This document shows, in pieces, positions 9,432 through 17,462 of a DNA stretch of 64,000 nucleotides; position 1 is the stretch's first letter, and the number at the start of each line of letters is the position of its first letter. Position numbers and translations under genes: made by a program. The notes under the pieces are model-generated. The model had not been told where the DNA came from, ran no database searches, and saw only the letters and a program-made list of their open reading frames with translations. The DNA is from Candidatus Multivoradales bacterium (GTDB lineage: Bacteria > Acidobacteriota > Thermoanaerobaculia > Multivoradales > JAHEKO01): NCBI GenBank assembly GCA_965223155.1, contig CBDCVR010000015.1, forward strand, positions 512,001 through 576,000. The letters run 5' to 3'.

Positions 9432-10538
9432 ATGACGTCAACCGCTGCTGCCCTGCCGATTCGTCCCACGGGAATCGCATCCCTCGGCCTCCACTTTCCG
9501 CCTCTGGCCCTGCCGGTCGAGGAGCTGGCGCCGCTCCGCGGCGCCGACCCCAAGAAGTACACCCATGGGCTGGGCTGCGACGAGATGTCGATCTGCCCGC
9601 CAGACTACGGCGTGGTCGAGCTCGCCACCGAGGCCGCCCGCCGCGCTCTCGAGCGCTGGCAAGGCGACCCGAGCCGGATCGGCATGCTGGCCGTGGGTAC
9701 CGAGACCGCGGTCGACATGAGCCGCCCGCTGTCGGCCTGGATCGCCGAGCGGTTGGGTCTCCGGGGGGCGATTCGCTCTTACGAGGTCAAGCATGCCTGC
9801 TACGGCGGCACCCTGGCGGTGCGCCAGGCAGCCGAGTGGCGCATGTCCGGCGCCGCGCAAGACAAGGCCGCGCTCGTCGTCGCCGCCGACGTGGCGCTCT
9901 ACGCACAAGGCGACCCCGGAGAGCCCACCCAGGGCGCGGGGGCCGTCGCCATGGTGATCGACGAGCCCGAGGTCGCCGCCCTCGACCCCGTCTCCCATGC
10001 TTGGAGCGAACCCGAGTTCGACTTCTGGCGGCCGGTGGGCGAAGCCTACCCAAGAGTCGACGGTGCGCTTAGCCTCGATTGCTACAAGCGAGCCGCCGAG
10101 CACTGCTTCAAAGCGCTGGTCGGCAAGAAGGATCCTGACCGTGTTCTGGGCGAGCTGGCGGCGATCTGCTTTCATGTTCCATTCCCCAAAATGGTGAAGA
10201 AGGCCGTCTACCGAGTCGGCGAGCTTTTCGGCTGGGACGGCCACCGGATCGAGGACTTCTTTCGCGACAAGGTCAACCCGACCATGCTCTGGAACCGCTT
10301 GAGCGGCAACGCTTACACCGCCAGCCTCTGGATTTCGGTCGCCAACGCGCTCAAGGGATTGGCCGCCGGCCAGCGGCTCGCGGCTTTCTCGTACGGCTCG
10401 GGGTTCGGCGCCGAGCTCCTGGTGCTCGAAGCCGGACCGGCGGCCGCCGGCGGCGCCTGGGCCGAGGACGTGGAGCGGGACCTCGCCAGCCGAACCCGGC
10501 TCGACGCCGACGCCTATACGGCGCTCAGGGGCCGATAG
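9432..10538 (+). CDS. mvaS: Hydroxymethylglutaryl-CoA synthase family protein
   Basis: GTET (Glu), EVKHACYGGT (catalytic Cys), GEPTQGAGAVA, FHVPFPKM (His), GNAYTAS, FSYGSG. Confidence 0.85.
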   Translation: MTSTAAALPIRPTGIASLGLHFPPLALPVEELAPLRGADPKKYTHGLGCDEMSICPPDYGVVELATEAARRALERWQGDPSRIGMLAVGTETAVDMSRPLSAWIAERLGLRGAIRSYEVKHACYGGTLAVRQAAEWRMSGAAQDKAALVVAADVALYAQGDPGEPTQGAGAVAMVIDEPEVAALDPVSHAWSEPEFDFWRPVGEAYPRVDGALSLDCYKRAAEHCFKALVGKKDPDRVLGELAAICFHVPFPKMVKKAVYRVGELFGWDGHRIEDFFRDKVNPTMLWNRLSGNAYTASLWISVANALKGLAAGQRLAAFSYGSGFGAELLVLEAGPAAAGGAWAEDVERDLASRTRLDADAYTALRGR

Positions 10539-10581
10539 CCGGCGGGCCGCGCTGGCCGGCCTCCGCGGCGCCAGCCCGAGG

Positions 10582-11025
10582 CTAGTGGGGCGCCAGCACC
10601 GGCGCGAAGCTCATCCGGTAGAGCATCCAGTAAATGACCACGCCGGTGATCGAGACGTAGAGCCAAATCGGAAGCGCCCAGCGGGCGATCCGGCGATGCC
10701 GGTCGAAGCGGGCGCGCAACACCTGGAACACCGTCAACCCGGCCAGAACCGGGACCAGGGCGGCCAGCACCGTGTGCGAGATCAACACAGCGAAGTAAAA
10801 CGTCCGCACCCCTCCGGTCCCTTGAAAGCGCACCGACCCAACCTGGGAGTGGTAGTAGAGATACGAGGTCAGAAACAGCATCGAGCAGACCAGCGCCGCC
10901 ACCATGGCCGCCCGGTGCGCCTTGACGTTCCGGCGCCGGATCAAGACGTACCCGGCGACCAGACAGATCGCGGCAAGCGCGTTGAGGGATGCGTTGACCG
11001 AGGGTAGAAGCGAGGGATCGAGCAT
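10582..11025 (-). CDS. DUF420 (CtaM-like) membrane protein, oxidase assembly factor
   Basis: LPSVNASLN, AHRAAM, FLTSYLYYH, LISHTVLA, HRRIARWALPIWLYVSITGVVIYWMLY; four TM helices. Confidence 0.9.
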   Translation of the reverse strand: MLDPSLLPSVNASLNALAAICLVAGYVLIRRRNVKAHRAAMVAALVCSMLFLTSYLYYHSQVGSVRFQGTGGVRTFYFAVLISHTVLAALVPVLAGLTVFQVLRARFDRHRRIARWALPIWLYVSITGVVIYWMLYRMSFAPVLAPH

Positions 11026-11118
11026 GGCGCGAGTCTATTCCGTCGGCTCGACTCACGGCCAGCTTCCGCGCGGCTCGTGGTCCCGGCGTCACCCTCCGGC
11101 CCACCGGCTGCCGACCGG

Positions 11119-12030
11119 CTAGGGAACCAGCGCCGCGATCCGGACCGGCCCGCCAGAGCCTTGCGAGATCTTCATCGGCAGCGCCACCACCCACGCACCG
11201 ATCGCAGGCAACCCCTCCAGATTGGCAACGTTCTCGAGAACCGCAACGTTGGCCGCCGCCAGCACCTGGTGCGCCAAGAAAAACTGCGACGGGCCGTAAT
11301 CGATCGAGGCGGTGTCGATCCCGACCACCGCCACGCGCCGCTCTTCGGCCAGATAGCGCGCCGCCTCCTCGCTACATCCCGGGAAGTGGAGGTTCGAAGC
11401 GTCGCCCGGCGTATCGTCGCCCAAGTAAGCCAACCGATCCGGCCAGCGCGAGCTCCAGCCAGTGCGCACGAGCACGATGGTACCTTCCGCCACGTCGCCG
11501 TGCCGCGCCTCCCAAGCGCGCACGTCCTCGACCGTGAGCCGGTAGTCGAGATCCTCGGCCGCCTGCGCCGAGACGTCGATCACCGCCGCCGGACCGATGA
11601 GCCGATCGAGCGGAATCTCACCAGCCGTCCAACCACCCTCGCCGAAATGGATCGGAGCGTCCAGATGCGTGCCCCCGTGCTCCGGCGTCGCCAGAGCGTT
11701 GGCCGAATAGAAGAACCCGGCCGGAGTCGGTCCGTGATGCAGCGTCTCGAGCTCGAAGGCCGACGGCGAGGTCGGCCAGTACAGCGTGGTCTCGTCGTAG
11801 GCGTGGCTCAAATCGACGATCGTGGCGGTAGCGAGATCGAGGGCGGAAGCCGAGGCAGTCGCTCCGGCTTGATCGGCTCGATCCGGTCTAGCCGGCGAAC
11901 AGGCCAACCCGACAACCGCTACCGCCGCCACCACCACCCTCGCTGCCGAGGCACGCCCTGGAGCGCCCCAGGTTCCGCCAACCGGCACACCCGATCTCCG
12001 GATGGTCGAGATGGTAGGGATTCGCATCAT
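11119..12030 (-). CDS. Cyclase family (kynurenine formamidase-like) metal hydrolase, probably a lipoprotein
   Basis: EHGGTHLDAPIHF, VRTGW, GIDTASID, LENVANL, PMKI..GSGGPVR; lipobox-like VGLAC. Confidence 0.88.
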   Translation of the reverse strand: MMRIPTISTIRRSGVPVGGTWGAPGRASAARVVVAAVAVVGLACSPARPDRADQAGATASASALDLATATIVDLSHAYDETTLYWPTSPSAFELETLHHGPTPAGFFYSANALATPEHGGTHLDAPIHFGEGGWTAGEIPLDRLIGPAAVIDVSAQAAEDLDYRLTVEDVRAWEARHGDVAEGTIVLVRTGWSSRWPDRLAYLGDDTPGDASNLHFPGCSEEAARYLAEERRVAVVGIDTASIDYGPSQFFLAHQVLAAANVAVLENVANLEGLPAIGAWVVALPMKISQGSGGPVRIAALVP

Positions 12031-12313
12031 TCTGACCTCCTTGGCTCACCCTCCGGCGCGAGACATGTCGGGCGTGAGACTCCCAATCATCTCATCGCGT
12101 CACGGAAGGCGGGTCGTGGCTAGGTGAGGAAGCCCTCCTGGAGCAAACGCTCTAGAGGCTTGCTCAAGAACTCTATGGATTGCATTGCGAGCGCCGGAGC
12201 CGGCGCGGCAACCGGCCCAGGCACCGTCGGGTAGAGTCTCTCCGCACCGTCACGTATCTCGGTTCGACGAAACCCGTTCTCCCAGACCGAGCCGCTTGCC
12301 AGGAGGTAGCACC

Positions 12314-13663
12314 ATGACACGCAACTTGCGGATCGTAGCCCTGTCGATCGCCCTAGCCGTCGTCGCGCCGGTCGTCGCACCGGGAGCGGCCGCCAGCGCC
12401 CAGGAAGGCGCCCAGCAGCCTGCCGTCGAGGTCGTGGCCGAAACGCCCGGATCCTCCGAACTGCCTGGTGCGGCCGACCCGGCCAGCGCCGAGCCCTTCG
12501 ATCCGGAGGCAGCCACCCGCGCCTACCTGGCCCGGCAAACGGACGAGGAGCAAGCCCGTTCGAACGCCTATTTTGAAGGCGGCTACTGGCTCCAGCTCTG
12601 GAACTTCCTCCTGGGCCTACTGGTGGCCTGGCTCCTTCTAGCGAAACGCCTCTCGGCGCGAATGCGGGACTTCGCCGAACGCGTCACCCGGCGCAAATCC
12701 CTCCAGGCGGCGGTCTATGCCGCCCAGTACTTGGTCCTGACCACCGTTCTCTTCTTTCCGATGACCGTCTACCAGGGCTTCTTTCGCGAGCACAAGTACG
12801 AGCTCGCAACCCAGACCTTCGGGCCGTGGCTCAAGGAGCAACTGATCGGCCTGGGGGTCGGCCTGATCTTGATGCCGCTCTTCCTCGTCGCCCTCTACGG
12901 CGTCTTCCGCAAGGCGCCGAGGACCTGGTGGCTGTGGGGCTCGGCCGTGGCCGTGGCCTTCCTCATCTTCGGCATCCTGATCGCCCCGGTCTACATCGAC
13001 CCGCTCTTCAACAAGTACGAACCCCTTGCCGACCCGGAGGTGCGCAAGCCCATCCTGTCGATGGCCCGAGCCAGCGGTATCAACGCAGACAAGGTCTACG
13101 AGTTCGACGCCTCACGCCAATCCAAGCGCATCAGCGCCAACGTCTCCGGCTTTCTCGGAACCATGCGGATCCGCTTGAACGACAATCTCCTCAAACGCTG
13201 TACCCTGCCCGAGATCGAGGCGGTGATGGGCCATGAGATAGGCCACTACGCTCTCAACCACATCTACGAGTCGATCGTCTTCTTCGGCGTCGTTCTGGTG
13301 GCCGGGTTCGCCTTCGTGCGCTGGGGGTTCGAGCGGGTGCTGGCGCGCTGGGGCGCCAACTGGGGAGTCCGCGGCATCGGCGACGTCGCCGGCCTGCCCC
13401 TCCTCGGCGCCCTGCTGTCGATCTTCTTCTTCGTACTGACGCCGATCAACAACACCTACATCCGCGTCAACGAGGCCGAGGCCGACATCTTCGGGCTCCA
13501 CGCGGCAGGCGAGCCCGAGGGGTTCGCTGAAGTCGCGCTCAAGCTGGGTGAGTACCGCAAGCTCGATCCGGGCCCCGTCGAAGAGTGGCTCTTCTTCGAC
13601 CACCCCAGCGGCCGCGCCCGCATCCAGATGGCGATGGAGTGGCGCGCCGAGCACCCCGAATAG
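12314..13663 (+). CDS. M48 family (Ste24-like) membrane zinc metallopeptidase
   Basis: HEIGH (HExxH), EAEAD, DHPS; multiple TM helices; AGGAGG RBS before ATG 12314. Confidence 0.9.
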   Translation: MTRNLRIVALSIALAVVAPVVAPGAAASAQEGAQQPAVEVVAETPGSSELPGAADPASAEPFDPEAATRAYLARQTDEEQARSNAYFEGGYWLQLWNFLLGLLVAWLLLAKRLSARMRDFAERVTRRKSLQAAVYAAQYLVLTTVLFFPMTVYQGFFREHKYELATQTFGPWLKEQLIGLGVGLILMPLFLVALYGVFRKAPRTWWLWGSAVAVAFLIFGILIAPVYIDPLFNKYEPLADPEVRKPILSMARASGINADKVYEFDASRQSKRISANVSGFLGTMRIRLNDNLLKRCTLPEIEAVMGHEIGHYALNHIYESIVFFGVVLVAGFAFVRWGFERVLARWGANWGVRGIGDVAGLPLLGALLSIFFFVLTPINNTYIRVNEAEADIFGLHAAGEPEGFAEVALKLGEYRKLDPGPVEEWLFFDHPSGRARIQMAMEWRAEHPE

Positions 13664-13720
13664 CGGCCCAAGAAACGACCGCACCAGCACCGTTTCGACA
13701 AGACGGCTTGTCGCGGGCCG

Positions 13721-14878
13721 TTAGGGGATGCCGTAGACCTCGACCAGACCCGGCCTTCTGCCCGGGTTGCTGACAAAGAAGAAGTCGTTGCCAACCGCGA
13801 GCTCGCGGCCGTACTCCACTCTCCCCAGCGCGGTTTCGAGCTTGTCAGCTTCCACCCAGCGTCCGCCGCGGCGTTCGAAAACGTAGACTGTGCCCGTAAA
13901 GAATGGAAACGTCTGGTCGAACGCCCGTACCAGTAGCACGCGGTTCCCCAGCGCGAGCTGAGACCCAAAGGATCCGATGTCGACGCCGTGAGACGATTGG
14001 ATCCGGGGACGCAGCACCTGCTGTTCGCGCCAACCATTTCTAGACCGGCGGTAGAGGTGAACCTGTCCGGGTGCGCGTTCGGGACACGAGGTGTCGGTAG
14101 GATCCGCCACCGCGAGTCGCCGTCCGAACTGCCCCGTCGCGCTACCCCAGGAGCACTGATCCGACGGTGCAACGAGGGTATCGCTCAGAATCCAAGCTCC
14201 CCGGCGGCGACGGAATCTCAGCAGAGCCGGCGAATCTTCCACCCGGTCCCGGAGTAGGAGCGTCCTGCGGATGAGCCAAACCGCTCCGACACCAGGAAAG
14301 GACTCTTCCAAGGGCCACTCGCCAGGACCTCGCACATGGAGGTCGGTTCCTTCGCGGCTCTCAACCGCCATCCGATTGCCACTCAGCAGCACCGCGGTGC
14401 CGTAGGGCCGCTCTCGTCCCGTCGGCGTGTCACTTACGAGCTTCCGAGTTTCGACCCATTCGCCGCCTTGCCGCTCGAAGACGTACACCGCACCCCGTCG
14501 GCCGCGGTCGATGAGCTGACGGCGGGCCGCCACCACGAGGGTCCCGCCCGAGAGCACCACCGAGCTGCCGAACCGATCGTTAGCGGAGCCATCACTGGCC
14601 GTCAGCCGGGAGTCGAGCTGCCAGCCCCTTGGGCCAAACTCGTAGACGTACACTGCACCCGAGTTGACGCCAAGATCGTCCGCCCCCGAGGCCCCTACGG
14701 CGAGTCTCGGCCCTTCTTCGGCCAGCGCGCCGCCGAAGAACTCCCCATGCGAGGCCGCGGGCCTCAACGTCTGGACGAGGGGAAAGGGATTCTCCGCTCT
14801 CGCCGCGGGAGCCTGGAAGAGAACAAGCAATCCCACACGCAGAGAAGTTACAACGAAAGATACCTGGGGAGTCGCCAT
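13721..14878 (-). CDS. Secreted FG-GAP repeat (beta-propeller) protein; start uncertain (ORF extends to 15031)
   Basis: Repeats FGGALA..LAVGA..GAVYVY, FGSSV..GAVYVF, FGSQLAL..GTVYVF. Confidence 0.7.
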   Translation of the reverse strand: MATPQVSFVVTSLRVGLLVLFQAPAARAENPFPLVQTLRPAASHGEFFGGALAEEGPRLAVGASGADDLGVNSGAVYVYEFGPRGWQLDSRLTASDGSANDRFGSSVVLSGGTLVVAARRQLIDRGRRGAVYVFERQGGEWVETRKLVSDTPTGRERPYGTAVLLSGNRMAVESREGTDLHVRGPGEWPLEESFPGVGAVWLIRRTLLLRDRVEDSPALLRFRRRRGAWILSDTLVAPSDQCSWGSATGQFGRRLAVADPTDTSCPERAPGQVHLYRRSRNGWREQQVLRPRIQSSHGVDIGSFGSQLALGNRVLLVRAFDQTFPFFTGTVYVFERRGGRWVEADKLETALGRVEYGRELAVGNDFFFVSNPGRRPGLVEVYGIP

Positions 14879-15131
14879 TTGCGTGATGCCAACGCGCGAT
14901 ACGAAATCGGAACGCAACCGCATCGCGGCAAAGACGGCTAACCGTCTCATTAGTGGTACGACTTGAGCCGCGAAGCGGATGGGGTCCGTCGCCAACCTCG
15001 GCTGGGGGTGGTAGGAGTCAAAGACGTACAAGCTACCTCAGTTCCCACCGAACTGAGCGCTCAGCCCGCACGATGCCTGCACGAGTCCCGGCCTGGCCGC
15101 TCCGCGCGGTTCGTCACCGCTCGACGAGGCG

Positions 15132-16004
15132 CTAGGGAGCGGACGCCGCGGCGTCCGTGGTCTCAGCCACGGCATCGCCCTGCTCCGGCTCAGGTTCGAG
15201 CTCGGGCTCGGGCTCGGGCACGAACCGGTCCTGAGCCGCCAGCCAAGCGTCGAAGCCGCCCTCTTCGTGGACGGTCAGAAAGCCCCGCATGCGGTAGTGG
15301 CCGAGCCCGCAGAGCTGAGCACAGGCGATCTCCCAGCAGCTCTTGTCCGCGGCGCAGGCCGGAAACGCGGCTTCCGCCGGGGTCGGCGTCTTGGCGGTGA
15401 AGTGAACCGGAATCTCCTGGCCCGGAATGGCGTCCTGCTTGACGCGCATGACCGGCAGAGAAAAGCTGTGGATCACGTCCTTGGTCCCCAAGCGAATCGT
15501 AATCGGCCGGTTGACCGGCAGGTGGAGCTGGTTGATCGAGACCACGTCATCGGCGGCGTGAGGATCCTCGGCGTCCAGCCCGAGCGGGTTGGTGCTCGCC
15601 GAGACCAGCTCGGGCGCGCTCCGTCCGAAGACGCCGTCGGGCCCGGGGTAGTGGACGTTCCAGGCGAACTGCTCGCCGATGACCCTGACAACCACCGGGT
15701 TGTCTTCGGGAGCGTGAGGCGTCACCCACTTGGCCCAAGCCGGGATCGAAAAGCCGATGAGCGCCACCGCTTCGACCACTACCACCCCGACTTCCAGCCA
15801 GGTCGAGAAATGAGACTTCACACCGGTGTAACTGGCCTTGGGATTGCGGCTGGCCCGGAAACGAAACAGCACGTAGAGGAAGTACAGTCCCCAACCGACG
15901 AACAAGACCAGCATGAGCCAGTGCATGAGCGCGTTGAGCGCGTCCAGCTCGCCGCCGTGGGTCGATGCGTCGATCGGCATCCAGCGGGCCAAGAAATCCT
16001 TCAT
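15132..16004 (-). CDS. coxB: Cytochrome c oxidase subunit II (CuA; no fused cytochrome c), oxidase 1
   Basis: Two TM helices, EQFAW, DVIHSF, KQDAIPG, CAQLCGLGHYRM; Pro/Glu-rich tail. Confidence 0.93.
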   Translation of the reverse strand: MKDFLARWMPIDASTHGGELDALNALMHWLMLVLFVGWGLYFLYVLFRFRASRNPKASYTGVKSHFSTWLEVGVVVVEAVALIGFSIPAWAKWVTPHAPEDNPVVVRVIGEQFAWNVHYPGPDGVFGRSAPELVSASTNPLGLDAEDPHAADDVVSINQLHLPVNRPITIRLGTKDVIHSFSLPVMRVKQDAIPGQEIPVHFTAKTPTPAEAAFPACAADKSCWEIACAQLCGLGHYRMRGFLTVHEEGGFDAWLAAQDRFVPEPEPELEPEPEQGDAVAETTDAAASAP

Positions 16005-16289
16005 CTACCTGCCTCCCTCTAACAAATGAAACCGCTCGCGGTGCCGCTTGAGCCGCCGGCTGCGAAACCAGATCGATCCAAAGAGCGCCACGAAGCCGAC
16101 CTGGACCAGGCCCACGATCGCCAGTAGCGTCAGAATCCCGTTGTTCATCCCCGAGGTCATGTCCGACTCCGCGCCGCCGAAGCAAACCGCGCAGGCCTGG
16201 ACGGCCTCAGGAGCCGCCAAACCCGTGAGTGCGGCCAGTGCCAGTGCCAGAGGCAGGCCCGGTCGAAACCCATTCCTCCGACCGCTCAT
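16005..16289 (-). CDS. Small exported CxxC protein with C-terminal TM helix, in the cox operon
   Basis: Signal peptide, then ACAVCFG, then one TM helix; abuts coxB. Confidence 0.7.
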   Translation of the reverse strand: MSGRRNGFRPGLPLALALAALTGLAAPEAVQACAVCFGGAESDMTSGMNNGILTLLAIVGLVQVGFVALFGSIWFRSRRLKRHRERFHLLEGGR

Positions 16290-16294
16290 CGCTT

Positions 16295-16495
16295 CTACCC
16301 CAGCTCCGCCAGCTTCTTCGCGACCCGGAAACCGTAGACGATGAGTCCGGCTCCGAGGACGAAACTCGTAGCCGCGAGACCAACGCCAAGAGCGCTGCCG
16401 CGTGCGAGGTATTCGTGGGTGCCCCAGGCGCCAACGCCGAGGCTCATCACGACCGAAACCGCGACGAAAACGATGTGAAACGCCCTCAGCGACAC
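16295..16495 (-). CDS. Small two-TM membrane protein in the cox operon
   Basis: MSLRAFHIVFV..; two hydrophobic helices; tightly packed between coxD and the CxxC gene. Confidence 0.7.
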   Translation of the reverse strand: MSLRAFHIVFVAVSVVMSLGVGAWGTHEYLARGSALGVGLAATSFVLGAGLIVYGFRVAKKLAELG

Positions 16496-16496
16496 G

Positions 16497-16805
16497 CTAG
16501 CCCCCGATGGCGGTCGAATCCAGGCGCCCGCCGGAGGGCCCGAACATGAGCACCACGAAGAAGACGGCGGTCAGGATCAGCAAGGCGTAGATGGCCTGCT
16601 TCTCCGAGATGAGGTGCATGAACACCCCGGCCACCAGGCCGCCCTTGAGCATCGCGATCGCCAGGGCCACGGCCACGGCCGCCCCCGCCGACAGATCCAG
16701 ATAGCTGACCGCGACCGTGATGATCGTCAAGAAGAAAAGCGCCAGTCCGACGACCCAGTACTTTCGAACCTCGCCCCGAATCTCTTCGGCTGTGTGTCCG
16801 CCCAT
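16497..16805 (-). CDS. coxD: Cytochrome c oxidase subunit IV (CtaF/CyoD family)
   Basis: Three TM helices; LTIITVAV, IAMLKGGLVAGVFMHL. Confidence 0.88.
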   Translation of the reverse strand: MGGHTAEEIRGEVRKYWVVGLALFFLTIITVAVSYLDLSAGAAVAVALAIAMLKGGLVAGVFMHLISEKQAIYALLILTAVFFVVLMFGPSGGRLDSTAIGG

Positions 16806-16814
16806 CGATGCCCC

Positions 16815-17459
16815 CTACAGAAGATAAAGCGTCGGAAACAGGAAGATCCAAACCAGATCCACGAAGTGCCAGTAGAGACCCGCGGTCTCGATCCGGTTGA
16901 CGAACCGCTGCGGCTCGGAGTGCCACATCTTGGCCCCGGGTCCCCAGAGGTACAGAAACACGATGAGGCCGCCGATGACGTGAAGCGCGTGGAGGCCCGT
17001 CATGGTGAAGTAGATGCCGAGGAAGTTGCTGGTCTCGGGATAGAGGTGGTGCGAGAACTTGCTCGAGTACTCGATGGTCTTGATGATCATGAACCCGAAG
17101 GCACACAGAATCGTCAGTCCCATCCACATCCGGAACTTCGAAAACTCCTTGAGCCGGAGCGATGCCCAGGCCATGACCACGGTCACACTGGAGAAGATGA
17201 GCACCAGGGTGTTGACGAACGCCAGCGGCACGTTGAGCTGGCTCGACCACGAATGGGCGCCGTCGTGGCCCAGATGGAGAGCCTCGGCCAGGTCGTGCGA
17301 AACGGTCATGAACGCCGGATCGCCCGTGCGTAGCAAGACGTACGAAGAAAAGAGCGCACCGAAGAGCATGACCTCGGACGCCAGAAACAGCCAGATACCC
17401 AGCTTGGCGTTGTAGAGGCCGGTCTCGGGCCGCTCGTCGACGGTGTAGGGGATCTGCAT
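16815..17459 (-). CDS. coxC: Cytochrome c oxidase subunit III
   Basis: [48 protein letters not shown]. Confidence 0.93.
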   Translation of the reverse strand: MQIPYTVDERPETGLYNAKLGIWLFLASEVMLFGALFSSYVLLRTGDPAFMTVSHDLAEALHLGHDGAHSWSSQLNVPLAFVNTLVLIFSSVTVVMAWASLRLKEFSKFRMWMGLTILCAFGFMIIKTIEYSSKFSHHLYPETSNFLGIYFTMTGLHALHVIGGLIVFLYLWGPGAKMWHSEPQRFVNRIETAGLYWHFVDLVWIFLFPTLYLL

Positions 17460-17462
17460 CGC

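Noticed and set aside
15180-15225. PEPEPELEPEPE repeat at the CoxB C terminus
   Set aside because: Ordinary low-complexity tail.
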